A program made the translations under genes and the position numbers. From NCBI RefSeq assembly GCF_009914755.1, contig NC_060933.1: DNA of 64,000 bases; one strand, written 5' to 3'. A model generated the notes under the pieces. That model made no database searches. It was not told where the DNA came from and saw only the letters and a program-made list of their open reading frames with translations. This document shows positions 60,889-64,000 of the stretch, piece after piece. Origin of the DNA: the human T2T-CHM13v2.0 reference genome, Homo sapiens. Each line of letters opens with the position of its first letter. Positions within the stretch are counted from its first letter, which is position 1.

Positions 60889-61956
60889 TGTTGAGGGAAG
60901 TCAGGGACCCTAAACGGAGGGCCTGACTGAAGCCATGGCAGAAGAACGTGGATTGTGAAGATTTCATGGACATTTATTAGTTCCCCAAATTAATACTTTA
61001 ATAATTTCTTATGCCTGTCTTTACTGCAATCTCTAAACATAAATTGTGAAGATTTCATGGACACTTATCACTTCCCCAATCAATACCCTTGTGATTTCCT
61101 ATGCCTGTCTTTACTTTAATCTCTTAATCCTGTCAGCTGAGGAGGATGTATGTCACCTCAGGACCCTGTAATAATTGCATTAACTGCACAAATTGTACAG
61201 CATGTGTGTTTGAGCGATATGAAATCTGGGCACCTTGAAAAAAGAACAGGATAACAGCAATTGTTCAGGGAATAAGAGCGATAACCTTAAACTCTGACTG
61301 CCGGTGAGCCGGGCAGAACAGAGCCATATTTCTCTTCTTTCAAAAGCAAATGGGAGAAATATCGCTGAATTCTTTTTCTCAGCAAGGAACCTCCCTGGGA
61401 AAGAGAATACACACCTGGGGGTATAGGTCTATAAATGGCCCCCCTAAGTGTGGTTGTCTTTTATGGTCTGTAGACTGTAGGGGTGAAATAGACCCCAGTC
61501 TCCCATAGCACTCCCAGGCTTATTAGGAAGAGGAAATTCCTGCCTAATAAATTTTTGGTCAGACCAGTTGCTCTCAAAACCCTGTCTCCTGATATGTTAT
61601 CAATGACAGTGGTGCCTGAAACTTCATTAGCAATTTTAATTTCGCCCCGGTCCTGTGGTCCCATGATCTCGCCTTGCCTCCACTTGCCTTGTGATATTCT
61701 ATTACCTTGTGAAGTACTTGATGTCTGTGACCCAAACCTATTCGCACACTCCCTCCCCATTTGAAAATCCCTATAAAAACTTGCTGGTTTTGTGGCTTGG
61801 GGGGCATCATGGAACCTACTGACATGTGATGTCTTCCCCGGATACCAGCTTTAAAATTTCTGTCTTTCGTACTCTGTCCCTTTATTTCTCAAGCCGGCCG
61901 ATGCTTAGGGAAAATAGAAAAGAACCTACGTGACTATCAGGGCAGGTTCCCCGATA
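60889..61956 (+). mobile_element. MER11 (HERV-K11/HML-8) solo LTR, 1068 bp
   Basis: tgttgagggaagtcagggaccc...gggcaggttccccgata; perfect 6-bp TSD ttttcc (60883-60888, 61957-61962), typical of ERVK integration. Confidence 0.92.
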
Positions 61957-62489
61957 TTTTCCCATACAAGTAGTTCCCCTTTTTTTGGTAGGACAAGTAA
62001 TATTTAATCATATCCTGAATATTTTAATATTATGTTATGAGATTCTGGGTCTCCTTTAAATCCTATTGAAAGTGCTGATATTTTGTTTTAGTTTACAGTT
62101 AACCTGGGGAGGCTCAGATAACAAGATGTAACCAACCTTCCGTGGGTATTGATTCCAATGTTAATTCAAGTTTCAAAGTTTCTGCAATACTATTACAGTT
62201 TTTCCTGTGTGTGAGCTCCTCACTGGTCAATCTGGGATATGGGTAGTATTCTATCTGAGATATCCTTACTAATGAAGTTCAGATTCATGGGTGAGCAGCT
62301 CAGGAGTGAGCCCAGAAGTTCCTAAGCCCTTTGCTCCCCACATGTCCCCCATTACATTCTGGTTTTCTGGGGCTCCCTTTTTTAGACCTCTGCCCCTGAA
62401 GCTGGGACTTGAATTATCCTGCTCTCCTATACACTTCTGTGAGTGTCCTTGCATCTAGGTCAACTAGGAAAACAGAAGCATAGGAAAGT

Positions 62490-63220
62490 CAAGGTGAAAC
62501 TATTTTAAAATCAGTTCCATCTTAAAACTAGCAAGGACATTCCTTGTCAGTCACCATCAGTAGTCATAAGATGTTTACAGTAAGGAAGCAGTTCAGTAAT
62601 GCCTGCAAGGACAAATTCTTACAAGAGTAGAATGTCCAGATGTCCTGATATTGCATAACAATATATGCTTTTAAGATAGTTAAAAGCCATGCTTTGATGC
62701 ACGTATGCACTAAAATGCTAAGAACAACTATCTTTCAGTCAACTCAACAAAGTACTAAATTTTGTCATGTTTACATTAAGGAACCAGTTCAGTAATCCCT
62801 GCAAGGACAAACTCTTACAACAGCAGAATGTCCAGATGTCCTGATACTGCATAACAATATATGCTTTTAAGTTAGTTATAGTCATGGTTTGATGTACTTA
62901 TGCACTAAAATGCTAAGAATAACTGTCTTTCAATCAACTCAACAAAGTACTAAATTTTATCATGACCACACACCCGCATGTAGACATAATTAGCTCAGCT
63001 TTTTCATATATAAGACCCCTATATGAGAAGGGTTTAAAACAGATGGCACATTCCTCCTCTTACTTTCTGAAGACACCCTATTGTGCATCTGAGTAACTTT
63101 CAATAAACTATCTCTTCTCACTGCACTCTGTGACGTGTCTTGAATTTTGAATTCCTTCCTGTGTGAGATCCAAGAACCCTCTCTTGGGATCTGGAATTGG
63201 GACCTCTTTTTCTGGCATCA
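62490..63220 (+). mobile_element. ERV solo LTR (LTR47-like) with internal tandem duplication
   Basis: ccatcttaaaactagc...; polyA signal aataaa near 63102; 3' end gagatccaagaaccctctcttggg...ggcatca. Confidence 0.7.
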
Positions 63221-63691
63221 AAATGACAGGAGGACAAAGAGGTTTTGCCCCCATCCTCCTAGATTTACAAGTCCTCCATTAAGATAAGAAGGTTCTTTTT
63301 CCTCCAAGGTTTGGCTCCTGCAGATTCCTGTTGCATTACAAACTCTACCGTGGCTGCCACTGTCAAGAGATTGCCTAAGGGTGGGGAAGTAAGAAAACAG
63401 AGAGAAGAAAGACAAATGGAATTTCTCTCTCTCTCTTTCCCACTCTCTAAGGTAGAATTTGAATGCCACTTCTGGAGCTCTCTCTGTCTGCATCCATGCT
63501 TACTTGGGGTTTCAGGCTGTATTGAATTAACACCAGGGGATCCTAGAGGGGAATAAAACTGGTAAAAAAAACTCACTACTGCTTCCATGGCACTTTAAAT
63601 TCTAACCTTCTGCCCAAAACCACCTGCTACTATTAACTTTTCAGTGCCCTCAAATTATGGCTCCATGCACTCTGTGCAGATTTTATAGTTG

Positions 63692-64000
63692 TGTAACTGC
63701 TCAGTGGGTTCACCTTTCCCACTGCCTAGACAGAGCAGATTCATCAAGACAGGGGAATTGCAATTCGGAAAGAGTAATTCATGCAGAGCTAGCTGTGCAG
63801 GAGACCAGAGCTGTATTATTACTCAAATCAGTCTCCTGTAAGCATTCAGAGATCACAGTTTTCAGGGACAATTTTGTGGGTGGGGGAAGGCCAGTGAGTC
63901 GGGAATGCTGATTGGTTGGGTCGGAGATGAAATCATAGGGAATTGAAGCTGCCCTCTTGTGCTGAGTCAGTTCCTGGGTGGGAGCCACAAGATCAGATGA
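63692..64000 (-). mobile_element. MER50-like ERV1 LTR, truncated by window edge
   Basis: tgtaactgctcagtgggttcacc...cctagacagagcagattcatcaagacaggggaattgc. Confidence 0.8.

Overview
Primate (almost certainly human) genomic DNA holding the 5' end of SVEP1 (polydom; sushi, von Willebrand factor A, EGF and pentraxin domain-containing 1) on the minus strand. It contains the CpG-island promoter and exon 1 (ATG at 51159, coding 51159-50629), a 28.9-kb intron 1, exon 2 (21710-21455), exon 3 (17897-17721), and intron 3 running off the left edge. The three exons splice in frame at canonical GT/AG sites and encode about 321 aa: signal peptide, vWA domain with an intact MIDAS, and a Cys-rich segment. Much of the rest is recognisable interspersed repeat: L1, Alu, MIR, L2, MaLR/ERV solo LTRs, hAT/Tigger DNA transposons, a U6 retropseudogene and micro/minisatellites. 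Almost all other ORFs in the supplied track are repeat-derived or chance. I found no evidence of a new multi-gene system. The best leads are regulatory or structural: a short uORF, a divergently oriented TATA box, a template-strand G4 cluster at the intron 1 donor, possible intronic polyadenylation after exon 3, inverted Alus around exon 2, a twin-primed L1 whose junction lies in the L1 G-tract, and LTRs upstream of the promoter. Repeat subfamily names are from memory of consensus sequences and need RepeatMasker/Dfam confirmation.
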